A DNA stretch of 64,000 bases from Octopus vulgaris. Taxonomy: Eukaryota. The stretch is from positions 85,250,001 through 85,314,000 of the forward strand of contig OX597818.1 in NCBI GenBank assembly GCA_951406725.2, read 5' to 3'. This document shows, piece by piece, positions 12,493-26,720 of this stretch (the first letter of the stretch is position 1; every line of letters starts with the position of its first letter). Position numbers and translations under genes: made by a program. Under the pieces are notes generated by a model that saw nothing but the letters and a program-made list of their open reading frames with translations, was not told where the DNA came from and made no database searches.

Positions 12493-15093
12493 TTGAAGTG
12501 GATATTCACATTTGTGAATATCCACTTCAATTCAGCCAATATATTATCTTGTCTATCATTCCCCACTTTTCTCTTCAAAACCTGGAATCCTTTCTCTATA
12601 TTATTAACTTAAAAGACTGAATTAGCACCAAAACTGGCACCAACCCACCTTCCCTTTACAACCCCAAAATGTCCCATTTCTTCCAATGCAAAGCTTGCAG
12701 TGTCAATAAGATAGATTCTTAAGACGAGATGAGATGAGATTGGAGGTGAGCAAGTGAAGTGAAATAGAGTGGTGTGGCGGGAGTCTCTTCTCTTCGCCAG
12801 AGGGTTATTGGGTAAGACATTCTCACTCCCAGAGGACATAATTTTCTAAACATGGCAACTGTGGGGAGGAAGCGGTGATGTGTTTGAGAATGGGAGGTGG
12901 GGGGGGCAGTGTGATTAAAAACAACAAAAAAAGAAAGAAAGCAGTAGTCGTGACTTAATAAAGTGGGGTGGTATATCAACACACCGCTCTATTGGGAGCA
13001 CATTTTTGTAAAGAACGCTGTACTGGAATCGGTGAGTGTTGCTGCTGCAAATCAAAATTGCTGGCTTTATTCTCCAGTAATTTTATTATTGCATGAAAGA
13101 TTTGATGTTATTTGGCAGTTGGCCATTTCCATTAAACTAGGTCGACACTGCATAACTTGGTTTTTGCTTATAAAGAGATATTTTTTTGTATATTTGTTGT
13201 TGATACTGTTTTTATTTATTTATTTTTTTGTTTGTTTTGCATGTATGTATGTGTTCTTGAACACGAGGAAAACTAAGCAACTTTTAATGATAATAATATC
13301 CTCATTAATGTTAGGGTGGTAGTGTTGCAACAAAAATGGTGGAGAGCTCCCAGCTAAAAATGCTTTGCAGTATTTAGTTCGGGCCATTTACATTCAGAGT
13401 TCAAACCCCCATTGGGGTTCACTTTACTTTTTATCCCTCAGAGATGATGAAATGAGTATTAGTGATATAAACTCATTGTTGAATTCAATCAGATATATTC
13501 CCCCCACATACACACACTCTCTCTCTCTCTCTCTCTCTCTGTTACATGATTTATTGCCTGTGTGAGAATTTATTCCTATGATTAATAAGGCAGAGAGGTG
13601 CTGCAAAGCCATTGTTTCAAAGTCCCACGATGATTAACTGTACTTAACATTCTTTAGGATTGATGAAATATATACCAGTAATTTACTTGGAGCTGATTCA
13701 GTTGTCTTTACTCTTACTCAACAAATTTTTGGCTTTGTCATCATCACTACCCCACCACCACCATCACCACTATCATCATCATCTTGACATCCACCTTTCC
13801 ATGCTTGCATGGGCCAGACAGAATTTGATGAGCCAAATTTGTACCAATATAAGAAAAAAAAAATAGTAAAATAATTTATTAATACTGTGGTGTTGCTGGA
13901 CACTGTGTCTTTGAATTTACATTTTCTACTACATTCTTCACAATAACAACTAGCTACCAGCAAACGCCCTCTTCACCAAAGCCTGTGTGTGTGTATCGTA
14001 TTCTTCTTTACTAACCATACTGCATCTCACTGCTGAGACATTACTCTATTCTTCAATTCTGCTTCCACCTACATTTTTTTTTCTGCAGTCTCTGAACTCT
14101 AAGCCTTTTGTTTTCATAGTTCTATTCAAATATGCTACCTTTATTTAGCTACTTTTCAAAAAATAATGAAAAATTCAGTAAGAATACTAAGCTGGAGTGG
14201 GCAGCAAACTGGTAGAGTCATTACCGCACCAGGCAAAATGCTTAGCAGCATTTCATTAATCTTGAGTTCAAATGCCACTGAGGTTGACTTTTCCTTTCAT
14301 CCTTTCTGTGTGGATAAAATAAGTATCAGTTAAGTACTGGGGTCCATGTGATTCCCTGAAATTGCTGGCGTTTTACCAAAATTTGAAACCAATGTAAAGC
14401 TGGAGTTTGGAAGATAAATTAACATGGAATTTTGATGGAAGGTTTTAATTTATATTGCCTTAAAACAGGAAATTTGTTTCCTGGAATCAGGGGTGGTCTT
14501 TCTCCACCAGCAAGTTAGTATCAAAGGGGTTAAGGGTGAACATAAACCTCATCAATCTTGACTAGGGAGTGGGATGACCTGCAGATGTCATACCTTCTCC
14601 CCACCTCTGTCTTATAACAAAACTAGAAAACCTGTAGATTCTATTATATTTTAAGTTTTATAACTGGTCCTAATCAAGGGTAGGTATCTTGGTTGACTTG
14701 GGGGCAACATTGTGTCTGTGACAGGATATAAACTCCCAACCTGTTTCCTAGTTGTCTGGTGACCTATTGTTGACTCTACCCCTCCCTCTTTGTCTCTTTA
14801 TCTGTCTCCCCCTCATGACAGAATTACATTTAAAAAAAACAATAAACTAACAAATTACTTGTACCTTTAGTCCAGTCAAGCTAGGTTTACAGCTGCAATG
14901 ACAAGTCACTACATTCAGGTGAAATCAGTACATAAATTAGGTGAAAAACTCTGTATGAATTCCTGAGTTAACTTTCTTGGCTCATTCTCTTTTTATTTTT
15001 CTTTCTTTGCTTCCATTTCGATATTTGGCACTCCTGACTAATAATAACCTTAGACAATTCCAGCATTGGTGGTGGCAGCAGTGGTGATAGTGA

Positions 15094-15127
<34 letters not shown>

Positions 15128-15528
15128 GGTAGAAGCAGTAGTGAGGACTCCTGCCAAAACTATAGATAGACTACTTAGGAATTCCTAATCTCCACACACT
15201 TGTAGGTCAGCTGGAGCAGAAGCAGACTGGGAAGAGGTCTCTGAGGTCAAAGTTGTTGGTGGGTGGCAGTGGTGGTGTTGGCTGTGGTGTTGGTGCCTGA
15301 GGTCATCTAAAGGAGAATAAATAAATGAATTTAAAAGAAATAAAATAAAAATACAAAATAAAATGGTGGCCAAACCTAGTCTTATTTACTTCCAAACATA
15401 TATTTGCATTTTCATTTACACTTAAAATGCATAAATGCATGTACATATGAACGTACACATTCACCATTCACACACACACACATAGTACACAAACTCTATT
15501 CATGCATGTGTATTTAATATATATGTGT

Positions 15529-15570
<42 letters not shown>

Positions 15571-17137
15571 CATACATATGCGCACATACGAATGTAGCAA
15601 ACATACATGCACATACACACATGCACTCACTAAAATCGTCTGGTGTATTCTCTCCTTTTCTCTTTCATCCAAGCATATTTAAGTTCACTTATGAACTCTT
15701 TCATGTCTTTTCATACATACACACACACACACACACATGCATACATGCAATATATATGAACACAGATACCCTCCTGTGTAGCAACACGAATCTGCATCTC
15801 TCACAATTTGCTTTATGCTTAAATATATCCCACCATATATTTGGTGACATGAGCTTGGGCAGACACACACACAGGTGCAGGCATGGCTATGTGTTTAAGA
15901 AACCCACTTTGCAGCCATGTGATTCTAGGTTCAGTTCCACTGTGTAGCACCTTGGGCAAGTGTCTTCTACTAAAGCACCAGGTTGACCAATGCCTAGATG
16001 GAAACTGTGGAAGCCCATCATGTGTATGTGTGTGTATATATGTATCTGTGTGTGTGCATCTTTGTGTTTGTCCCCCTGCTGCTGCTTGACAACCAGTGTT
16101 GGTTTGTTTACATCCTCATACCTTAAAGACTGATAGAATAAGAATCAGACTTACAAATAAGTACTTACTGGTGTTGATATACTTTAGGTAGCACCTTGGG
16201 CAAGTGTTATATTTTCAATTTCTTCTGTTGATGATTACAAATTATATTCCCATTTTTTTATTTGATTGATATATTAATAATAATAATTATAATGATAATA
16301 ATAATAATAAAGGTGGCTAGATGCAATATAAAACCAAAAAGGAAAAATTCTATTGTCACTAATAGTTTCTTGTGTTTACATCTGGAATGGTCAACCTTTA
16401 TCCAGAAGCAGGCTGTATGTAACATAACTCATCATCAGGCAGATTGCATAACTAATATTACTAATATTTGATTAACTGTTTCTAGTTTTGGGAAGTTATG
16501 TGGCATATATCTTTTACCTATTTTTTTTCTTTGCTCATTGGACAGTTACAGGGACATAAACAAACCAACACCAGTTGTTTAGCGGTTTTGGTGGAATGGG
16601 ATAGCAAACACTGACACTACTGCACACACTCACATTTACACACATGACTCTTCTACACAGTTTCCCTCTACCAAATTCACTGATAACACATTTCTCAGCC
16701 CAAGGCTACAGCCAAAAGCACTTACCCAAGGTACTGTACAGTGTTACTGAGTCTGGGACCTCAGAATACGTGCTTCTAAAGCAACCCTTCAAAGCAGTGC
16801 CCCAAGACAGCCACAGTCCAAAGAACAAGGTAAAAAGTCATGAGGATCTTTAAGAATCCAAATTGGGAGGTGAGGTGGGTGGGTGTGAATGAAATACCTT
16901 TACCACCCCTAACCTTTCCTATATTATATCTTTATTTCTCTATTTGTAATGTTTACTTTGAAACCTTGCAAACCTTCTTGTCTTGTCCTTTTCCAAGTGG
17001 GGGTGGGGGGAATATTTGACATTTATGTGATGGAGGAAAGAGATGGCTTGATGGCTGTCTGTCTGTCTGGGTGGCTGGAGGTAGTGATGTTTGTTTATTT
17101 GTTGTTTTTTTTAGTTGTTTTTGTTTTGTTTCTTTGT

Positions 17138-17191
<54 letters not shown>

Positions 17192-17259
17192 AGAGTATCT
17201 TTACTCTCTGTTGAACTACATTGGATCTGTTCTGACCTTTTGTTAGAAATGATCTGCAA

Positions 17260-17700
17260 CTACTACCACCACCACCACCACCATTTTTCCATTACTTACC
17301 ATTGCCACCATTATCCATGCACAGTCACTACTACCATCACCACCATTTTCACCACTACCACCACCGCTATCATTATCCCTATATCAGTCACTACCATCAC
17401 TGGTCCTACAACAGTCATCACCACCACCACCAACACCATTATCCCTACAGCAGTCACTACAAACACCTTGCTAGTTATATTACTACAGCCATTATCATCA
17501 CAATCACCAGCAGTACCACCATAATTACCACCACCACCACCATAGCTACTACCATCACCATTCATCCAGACTAACCTTACCTGTTATTAGGTCATAGGTC
17601 ACATCAATGACAGCATCATCAACAACTACCACCATACTCACTACCACAGCAACTATTTTAGCCAATACACTTACTAAACTACCACTACTGTTGTGTCACC
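17260..17700. repeat. Degenerate (CAC/CAT/TAC)n low-complexity tract
   Basis: Trinucleotide-rich tract that explains the His/Thr/Val-rich ORFs. Confidence 0.8.
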
Positions 17701-19832
17701 TGTCAATGTCTTTAAATCAGAAGAAACCACAGCTCTCCAGCTTGGCAGTTCCAGTCAAACCCTGGAAAACGAACATGATGGACTTTGTGTGTTTGTATAT
17801 ATAATCTTTTATTCTCTTATTTGTCTCAGTCATTTGACTGTGGCTGTGCTGGAGCACTACCTTTAGTCAAACATATCGACTCCAAGACTTATTTTTTGTA
17901 AGCCTAGTATTTATTCTATCGGCCTCTTTTGCCGAACTAAGTTATGGGAACATAAACACACCAACACATATATATATATATATATATATAGTTAGGTCTT
18001 AATTATTTACCAACAGTATTCGTTTACCCGCCTCCCTGCAAAATTTCAAGTCTTGTGCCTAAAGCTTAATATAATGATAATAATTGGTTCAAAACCAGCA
18101 GTTTTGAAGGAGGGTGGGTGCTAATCAATTACATTGACTCCAGTACTTAACTGGTACTTACCTTATTGACCTTGAAGAGATGAAAAGCAAAGTTGACCTC
18201 AGCAGAATTTGAACTCAGAATGTAAAGGTAGACAAAATGCCACTAAGTGGTTAACAAGGCAGGCTAACAATTCTGCCAGCTTACCACCTTGTTGATGGCA
18301 ATGCTAGTAATAATAATTTATTATTATTGTTGTTGTAGTAGTAGTAGCAGTAGCAGCAATAATGATAATCATTATCATCATTATTATTATTTCTAACATT
18401 TAAAATAATTTGTTTCTGACACAGTTACAAAGCCACAAAATTTAGTATAGAAATTCATTAAATCAATGTAGTATTTAACTGGTACTTAAACTTATCGACC
18501 CCCAGGAAGATGAGAAGCAAAGCTGAAAACAAGTTGGCTTAAACAAGATCTGAACTAAGAACATAAACAGCCACTACAGACTATTTTTAGATGTTAGGTT
18601 ATATCTAAAAAATCAATGTCAAAAGACCAAATGGTTAAAAGCGCCAAGCAAGAAATCAGACCAAGTTAATGGTTGTCTGATTTTTTTTTTTTAACATTTT
18701 TCTTAACATTGGCTACCTTAGAAACTAGCTTAGTCAACAGATAATGGAATTTATTGTGTGTGTGTGTATTGGAAAATTGGCAACAAATCAATGTATTCAT
18801 TAAATAGAATTCTCGGAAGGTATTTGTGGTGGTTTACATTGATAAAATCGGTTCAATTGGGAACAAAAAGAAACTAATATTTGGGTCATGAAGAAAGAAA
18901 ATAAATAAATAAATAAATCATTATTTCAGTATGTCCTGATAAAGAAACCAAAACTATTTGAATAACTCCCTTAGCTCTTAGATATCGAACAAATTTTTAT
19001 TTTCAATTAATTCATAATTCAGAGTTGCTTCCCTTGCATTTATTAACAAGAGTTAATCTTTGTGCTAATGGTTAACTCAGTCATATAACTGAAACAAGTA
19101 ACAGAGTAAAAGAATACTAATGACATTTTTTCTCTTCTCACAACATTCATAGTTTTTAATTCAATTTTTTTTTTGTCTCACTGCATCAATTATAATACCA
19201 TCTACTGAACTACTTGTTTTTCATGCAGATGGGGTCACTGGGTAATTCTCTCACCTACTCTCCTGTCTCCCATCTTGCTTATTCAGTTTGCCTACTTTTT
19301 CCTATGTTTCACATATTTGTGAAGGAGCCAATGAAACTAAGCAGGGGTAATCTTTATAGCCTTTCATGTGATCACAGAAATTCCTGTACAATCTAGAATG
19401 TTCAATGATCATCAGCAGTGCCATTTTTTATGCCACTTTTTTTATGAGGACATAAATCAACATTGGTTGGCAAATGACAGTGGAGGGATGATCACAAAGG
19501 AAAACACATACACACACATGGCTGGCTTCTACATGGTTATTCATCTACCAAATTCTCTCACAAAGCGTTGGTCAATCCCAATGTATAGTTGAAGATACTT
19601 GCTCAAGGTGCCATGTAGTAGGACTGAACCTGAAACCTTGCAGTTCCATAGCAAGCTTCTTAACTATACACCCACTTTTTTTTTTCTTTTTGCTTTGATT
19701 CTGCACAGAGGCTACAAATCCATAATTTAACTCTTATGATTTTAATGCAAATGATATAAAACAATATAGTTACCAGTTTGACTCAGAAATTAACAGCAAG
19801 CCCACCCCATTAGGCTCACTCACCCACCCACC

Positions 19833-19945
19833 ATGTCAGCTGACCAAATTACCAATTAGGCTAGAACACTTCATTTCAGGTGACCAACTTACTAATTAGA
19901 CTTGAACAATTCATGTCAGGTGACCAAATTATAAATTAAGCTACA
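19833..19945. repeat. ~40-bp tandem repeat, about 3 copies
   Basis: atgtcag(c/g)tgaccaaattaccaattaggctagaacacttc repeated with variation. Confidence 0.7.
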
Positions 19946-20281
19946 AGGCACCTACCTAGTGTAATGAAACTAAATAGCTGTCAGCAGGCGGAATGGATAG
20001 ATAGTTCCTGCAGGTCAGCTTACCTCAGAGCTCTGATCAAGTAGAATGTAGATCAGTATCATTATCATCATCACTTTAACATACACCTTAGCTTGCTTAT
20101 ATGTGTCAGACAGAATTTAAGGTGTGTTAACTACAGTCACATTTGTTTTTTTTTTGTCATCAACCCTCATCTGTTTCCAAGTAAGGTAGTTATTTCTCCA
20201 TGGCCAGACATGTTTTCACAGAAGACTGGAAACAAAAGATACCACTTGCATGATGGTGACACTCATTTACAACTATCATAC

Positions 20282-20333
<52 letters not shown>

Positions 20334-20724
20334 GCACGTATAGACAATTACAGTGAATTCAAAGATTGATACATTTGTCTCAGTAAAATACTCATAACCC
20401 AGCAAAGCAACATTAACCCTTGATTAGAGATTTCCATGGAAAACTAGAAACAAACAACACAACTTGCAGTATGGTGACACTTCATTTACAACATTCGCAC
20501 AGTGTCAAGACAAGGAGACACAAACACACTCATATATGCATATATGAGTGTGTCTCCCTTGTCAGCAAATAGAACATGTGCTTTTGTGACTAAAGAGTCT
20601 TTTACTTTTATTTCTAGCAATGTTGGTGCGCCCTGCACTGTTGGTCACTTTTTACTGATAGTGAATTATTCCCTTTTTTTTGGTTTAAATTACGTTTAGC
20701 CTCCTTAAATATATATATATATAT

Positions 20725-20767
<43 letters not shown>

Positions 20768-21859
20768 AGGCGGTGCTCCAGCATGGCTGAAGTCAAATGA
20801 CTGAAGCAAGTAAAAGAGTATATACACCACAGGGTTCTTGTTGGCTTGGGTGTATTAATACAAAATACTTGCCCATGGTGCTGCACAGTGGAAATTGAAC
20901 CCACAACTACATGGTTGGGAAAGAGACTTCTTAACCACACAGCCCTGCTTCTACATTTGAAAGAAGAAATTAAATTATTATTTACTCTGGTGTTCTGTCA
21001 TATCCTCTTTTATCATAAATCTGATTGTTAAATATCTCTCTTGTTTGTGCCCTCTCCCACACACTCTCTCTCACACACTCACACGCATCGACTTATCCCA
21101 TTTTACTCATCTTCACTGTAACTGTAACAAGTTTAACCACACTTATTAATCATGTACAGCAGCAGGATGTGTAACAAAATAGACATGGCAATTCCTGACT
21201 GTCAGGCTGTACCTGACATATGTCCAATTCTTTCATAATATGTACAGTTTAGTCCCAGAATAGACCAACAATGCAGTGTGTGTTTGTGTCAGTGCATGTG
21301 TTTGAGTGCAATGTGTGTGGCCTGTCAGACATAGTATTACTGAGTTCTATGCTTTCTTATAATACCTGAATGCGATACTGTCTGTTTAAGTATATTTAAA
21401 TATTTATTATATTTAAGACACAGGCAGTGTGGTTCTGTGGTTCAGAAGTTCGCTTCCCAACCACATGGTTCTAGGTTCAGTTCCACTGCACAGCAGTTTG
21501 TGGTAGTGTCTTCTACTAAAGCTCTGGGACAACTAATGCTTTGTGAAGGGATATGGTAGACTGAAAAAGCCCATCATATATGTATACACATACATGCATA
21601 TATATGTATTTTTATGTGTATATATGTGTGTGTGTGCATATATGCATATTTGTTGTTTTTATATATATATATATATACACACACACATACACATATGTAA
21701 TTTTATATGTATATGTATGTATATAACTCACAACTGAACCTGTGCCTATTTGATACACTTTGATAATCTTGTCTTTAAATTTCTGATATTATCATATTAC
21801 TGGGATAATTATTTTATAGCTGAGTATAGGCAGATTTAGGAAGTCTTTTAGTGTTGTCT

Positions 21860-22236
21860 AGTAAACTCCTTCTAATCCGGTACTCAATTAACTGAAACTC
21901 TCAAGCACCCAGAAAGACAAAAAAAAAAAAAAAAGAGAAAATTTGTTGTTAGATAGTTAAGAATTTGTACTAATTTGTGTTAATTAATTAATCGTCATTA
22001 AAAGAGATTTTCTATTGTATCTAAAATGGATCATTGCTTCTCAGAATACAGTGTGGTGTTTTATTTTAATGCATTTACAGTATTTTATTAGGTTAATAAA
22101 ACTAGCTCTTTACTTAAATTAATGAGTTTTGTAAGGTGCTATGGTAATTTAAAAAGTGATGATCAGATATCTGAAAAATTCAGTTACCCGGCAACCTTCC
22201 TGTCTCAATGGTGCTGGATATTAGGGAATTAGTGTA
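21860..22236. mobile_element. pogo/Tigger-like MITE
   Basis: Left end agtaaactccttctaatccgg, right end ctggatattagggaattagtgta. Homologous to a split copy at about 22250-23580 and to about 55578-55990. Confidence 0.55.
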
Positions 22237-23048
22237 TATAAAATGGTTCATTGCCTTTTTTTTAACTGCATTTTCAGTACCTGTATTTTATTAGGTTAAT
22301 AAAACTTGTTCTGAACTTGACCCTTTCACACTTAGCTTCCTCTGTGAAATGTAATGCTTGATTATTCACATTGTTTTGAATTGATTATGCATTATCTTGT
22401 AGCTTCAAGATTTTGATGATGTTCTTAGTTTTAGAATGATACTGCAGAGTAGGTGTGAGAGGCTGAATCTAGCTTATTTTTGCATAAAACAGATTGAATA
22501 TTTGGGCTGGTCATGAATTTGCACCTAGAAAGTTCCCCTGCTAGGTGCAAATCCGGGCAGAATTGTTTATGGAAGACCAGTAGTCACCCATGCACACTGC
22601 CACCCTTCTTCATGCCACTGATGTTATCCAAAGACAAGGTAAAGTCCGATAGAGCTTGGTACCAATGACAATGCAACTCTTTTCTACAACAGAGTGAACT
22701 GGAGCAACATGAAATAAAGTCTCTTGCTGGGGAACACAACACAGCGCCCAGTCTGGGAATCGAACTCACTACCTCATGATTGTGAATCCAACACCCTAAC
22801 CACTGAGCCATGCACCTTCATAATGCCAGGTTTAAATGTTAAAAGATTAAATTGTATTTCTGTTTCTTCCTATTTGGAAACAGGTAAGGGTTGATGATAG
22901 GAAGGATATTCATCTGTAGAAAACTTGTCTCACCAAATTTCATCCGACCCATATGCAAGGATGGAAAACTGGTGAACATTAAAACAATATTTCTCCCATT
23001 TTTACTATATTTAGAATATTAATTATTATTTTGATGTATATGTGTGTG

Positions 23049-23100
<52 letters not shown>

Positions 23101-24259
23101 TCAGGTGTGGTTGTGCGGTAAGAAGCTTGCTTGCCAACCACATGGTTTCAGGCTCAGTCCCACTGCATGACACCTTGGGGAAGTGTCTTCTGCTACAGAT
23201 CGGGCTATCCAAAGCCTTGCAAGCCAATTTGGTAGATGGAAGCCTTTTGTGTGTGTGTGTGCGTCCGCATTCTCCACCACTACTTGGCAATGGTGCTGGT
23301 ATGTTTATATCCTGGTAACTTAGCAGTTCAGTAAAAATGAGGGATGCAGTAAGTACCAGACTTAAAAATATGTAAGTATTAGGGTTGATTAGTTCACGTA
23401 AACTACTTGAAGGCAGTGCCCCAGCATGGCTCCAGTCATGACTGAAACAAGTTAAAGATAAACACACACACATTTTGTAGTGCTTTGGTAATTTAAAAAG
23501 AGATTATCAGATATCCAGAAAATTCAGTTATCTGGCAATCCTGTGGTCCCACTGGTACAAGATATGAGGGAATTTGTTTTAGTTAGTGAGGGTTGAAACT
23601 ATACCTTCATATATTAAGTACCTTTGCAGCTATGTGTGTGGGTGTATCAGTGGGGGTGGGGGATAAACTATTTTAGCAGTGAGCTTTTAAAGGTCAGTAC
23701 TTGACTGGTTCATTTTATGATGATAAGCAGGTAAGAGATAGATTCTACCTCATAGAATATCATAGGTAAAGCATTCTCTGTAGTTAAGTAATCTAAGATG
23801 TGGAAAGGAATGCACCAACCAAATACAGCATCAGTTTTATACTGAATTGGTCAAATTAGCTATGCACTTCCTCTCTGTAAAAAAAAAAAAATGAATAAGC
23901 TGGGCTATTATGCTTTTACGAGATATTGCTATTGTTACACAATGCGGTTTAATTCATTCTCTATAGTGTACCACAATATCCCGAGATATATAAAATTTGT
24001 TAGATGTGAATAAATATCTGTTGCTAACTCTGTAGGATGTTGTGAGCCAATATTGGTTACTTGATGGCTAAACAAGTAGCTTCTCGCTCCTGTTCTCTCT
24101 ATTTTTTCCTATCAATAAAGGGATAAATGGGCTAGGGAAGTGGAAAGCAGGAAAGGTTTTTAGATTTCTGATTCTATGACAAGAGAGAGAGAAAACTGAA
24201 GAGATGCAGTTTTAATAGGGAGGTGGGTCGATGAGGGAAACAAGCAAATATAATATGGA

Positions 24260-24430
24260 GGTATATATAGATAGATATAGATGCAGAGTTATATAGATAG
24301 ATAAATAGATAGATAGATAGACAGACAGATACATAGATAAGATGCAGAGATAGATAGAAATGATGCAGAGATAGATAGACAGACAGATACATAGAGAAGA
24401 TGCAGAGATAGATAGATAGAAATGATGCAG

Positions 24431-24480
<50 letters not shown>

Positions 24481-25389
24481 ATAGATAAGATGCAGAGATA
24501 GATAGATATAGATGCAGAGTTAGGTAGATAGACAGAATGGAGTAGAACTGGTTTGATAGATAGGTATTGTGTGATAGATATTGATATTTGTAGATGCATA
24601 GGTATAGAGAGATAATTAGGTATAGATAGATAGATGGGTATAGCAAATTAGAGACATAGATCGGTATAGATAAACAGATAGGAAGGTAGATAGATACTGA
24701 CAGACAAGTATAGAGAGATAGATAGAAGAGATGGATGATTTGACAGATAGATGCTGAGATGAACATATAGACAGCTACCAGATACTTAGATACAAACATG
24801 CATAGATGGTTTTTATATGGATATGTAGATACAGAACGGGCAGAAAAATAAATTGAGATAAATAGTTAGATAAATAGGTGTATCTCATTATTAACTGATG
24901 TTGATTAGTATGTACTTATAGCAAGGTATATATACACGAAGATAGAAATATAGATACATAGATAATTAGATCTTTAAATAAAGAATTAAAGAGATACATA
25001 GAAGAAAAGAAAGAAAAACGAGCATGACTAGTTGGACAAAGAACGAAGGAAACAGAAAGATACACAGGGAAATGTAGATCTAGTTATAAGTACATTCAGG
25101 AATAGCCCTGTGTATGTATAGCCATATATATCTATATATATGGACGTACATATATACATGTGTATGTATAATGGCATTGGCAGATAACTAACTGGCTATT
25201 ATGGTCGACAAGTAGGTGAATAGTGCGATAGGTGAAACAAATTGAGAAATAAGAAGCTCACAGATTGTTGGATAAATGGATAGATACAGAGAGATTAAAA
25301 AGACGACAGATCATTAGATCTAAACAGACAGATAAAATATCAGCCGCTGTAGATCAGTAGTAGTAGTAATGGTGGTATGGCCCTAGTAG

Positions 25390-25420
<31 letters not shown>

Positions 25421-25968
25421 GAGCAGACCTCTATGTATGTTATATAGGTAGTTAGGTATAGATCAAATAGTGGGAGGTAAAAGAGAAAGATATTGAAACC
25501 TGAGGTGTACAGTGGAAGATAGTCTGATAGTGCTAGATAGAGCTAGAGGGATACAGGGATGCACTTAAGAGATGGACACGTGAATAGATATGGAAATTAA
25601 TAGTTGGATAGAGAGAGGAAGGAAGAAATGAACAGATATAGAGATGGATGGATGGATGAAGGGAGGGAGGGAAGGAGGGAGGAATGAAGACAGAGAGAGA
25701 TACATAAATATAGAAGTATGGTCAGATTCTGATATATTCAGGGATGCACTGATAACTAGGTGTATGGAGAGATGGATAGGTAGTGTAAAAGAATAGGTAG
25801 GTATATGGAGGGATTAGAATGATAGACAAAATTCATGGAGAGATAGACTGATAGATGTGTGCAGGGATGGATGGATAGATGAAGGTAGTCAGAGTAATGG
25901 AGAGATGTGTGAAAGGGTGAATGGACAGAGGGAGGCATGAAGAGGAATGAAAGAAGAATGTAGATAGA

Positions 25969-26000
<32 letters not shown>

Positions 26001-26720
26001 AAGACTGGGGGATAGACAGATACATAAAAAGGTAGATGGAGTGGGGGATAGAGAGGACAGACAGATGTATGCATAGAGAAAAGTATGCACATACATGGAG
26101 TTGTGAATGTATGGAGAGATAGATAGATGTATGAACAAGTGGATGGAAGCTTGTATTGATAAATTGAAAGATGGTGGGTTGCTAAGTAAATGAACTAAAA
26201 GACACAGGTGTATATTGGTGAATGGAAGAATTTAAGAACTAAGAAAGGGTAGATACACAGGTATGCATGTAGTAAGTTAGAGAGATTACATAGATATGGA
26301 AGGAGAGAGAGGGAAGTAAATATAGAAGGGTGTGAATGAATATTTACATGTGTGTGTATATGCATATGTATGAATGTTTATGTGTGCATATATGTGTATA
26401 TATATGTATAGCTACATATAAATACATTTATATATCCTGTATGTATATGTGGAGGTAGGGAGAGATTGTTAAAGTTGCATGTATATACATGTGTGTGTAT
26501 GTGTGTGTCCCCGGGACATGCCTAGAATGATAGTGCTGGAGATGGTTATTATATACATATAAATTAGTGCAGGTATATAGACAGTACGTTTATAACAAAA
26601 GTGTATACAGGTATACAAATAGTACATTTATATAGATAGTATAGACAGGTATGTAGGTAGTTATATATAGATATATATCTAGATAATGCTTGAGATAGGT
26701 ATACAATTAGATAAGGAAAT
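24260..26720. repeat. Long degenerate (GATA/AGAT)n purine-rich tract
   Basis: Pure (AGAT)n cores with recurring gatgcagagatagata subunits, decaying into purine-rich sequence over about 2.5 kb. Confidence 0.8.

Noticed and set aside
23698-23730. In-frame 33-nt micro-exon (YLTGSFYDDKQ)
   Set aside because: Good donor, but the acceptor lacks a polypyrimidine tract and the plexin alignment needs no insert here.
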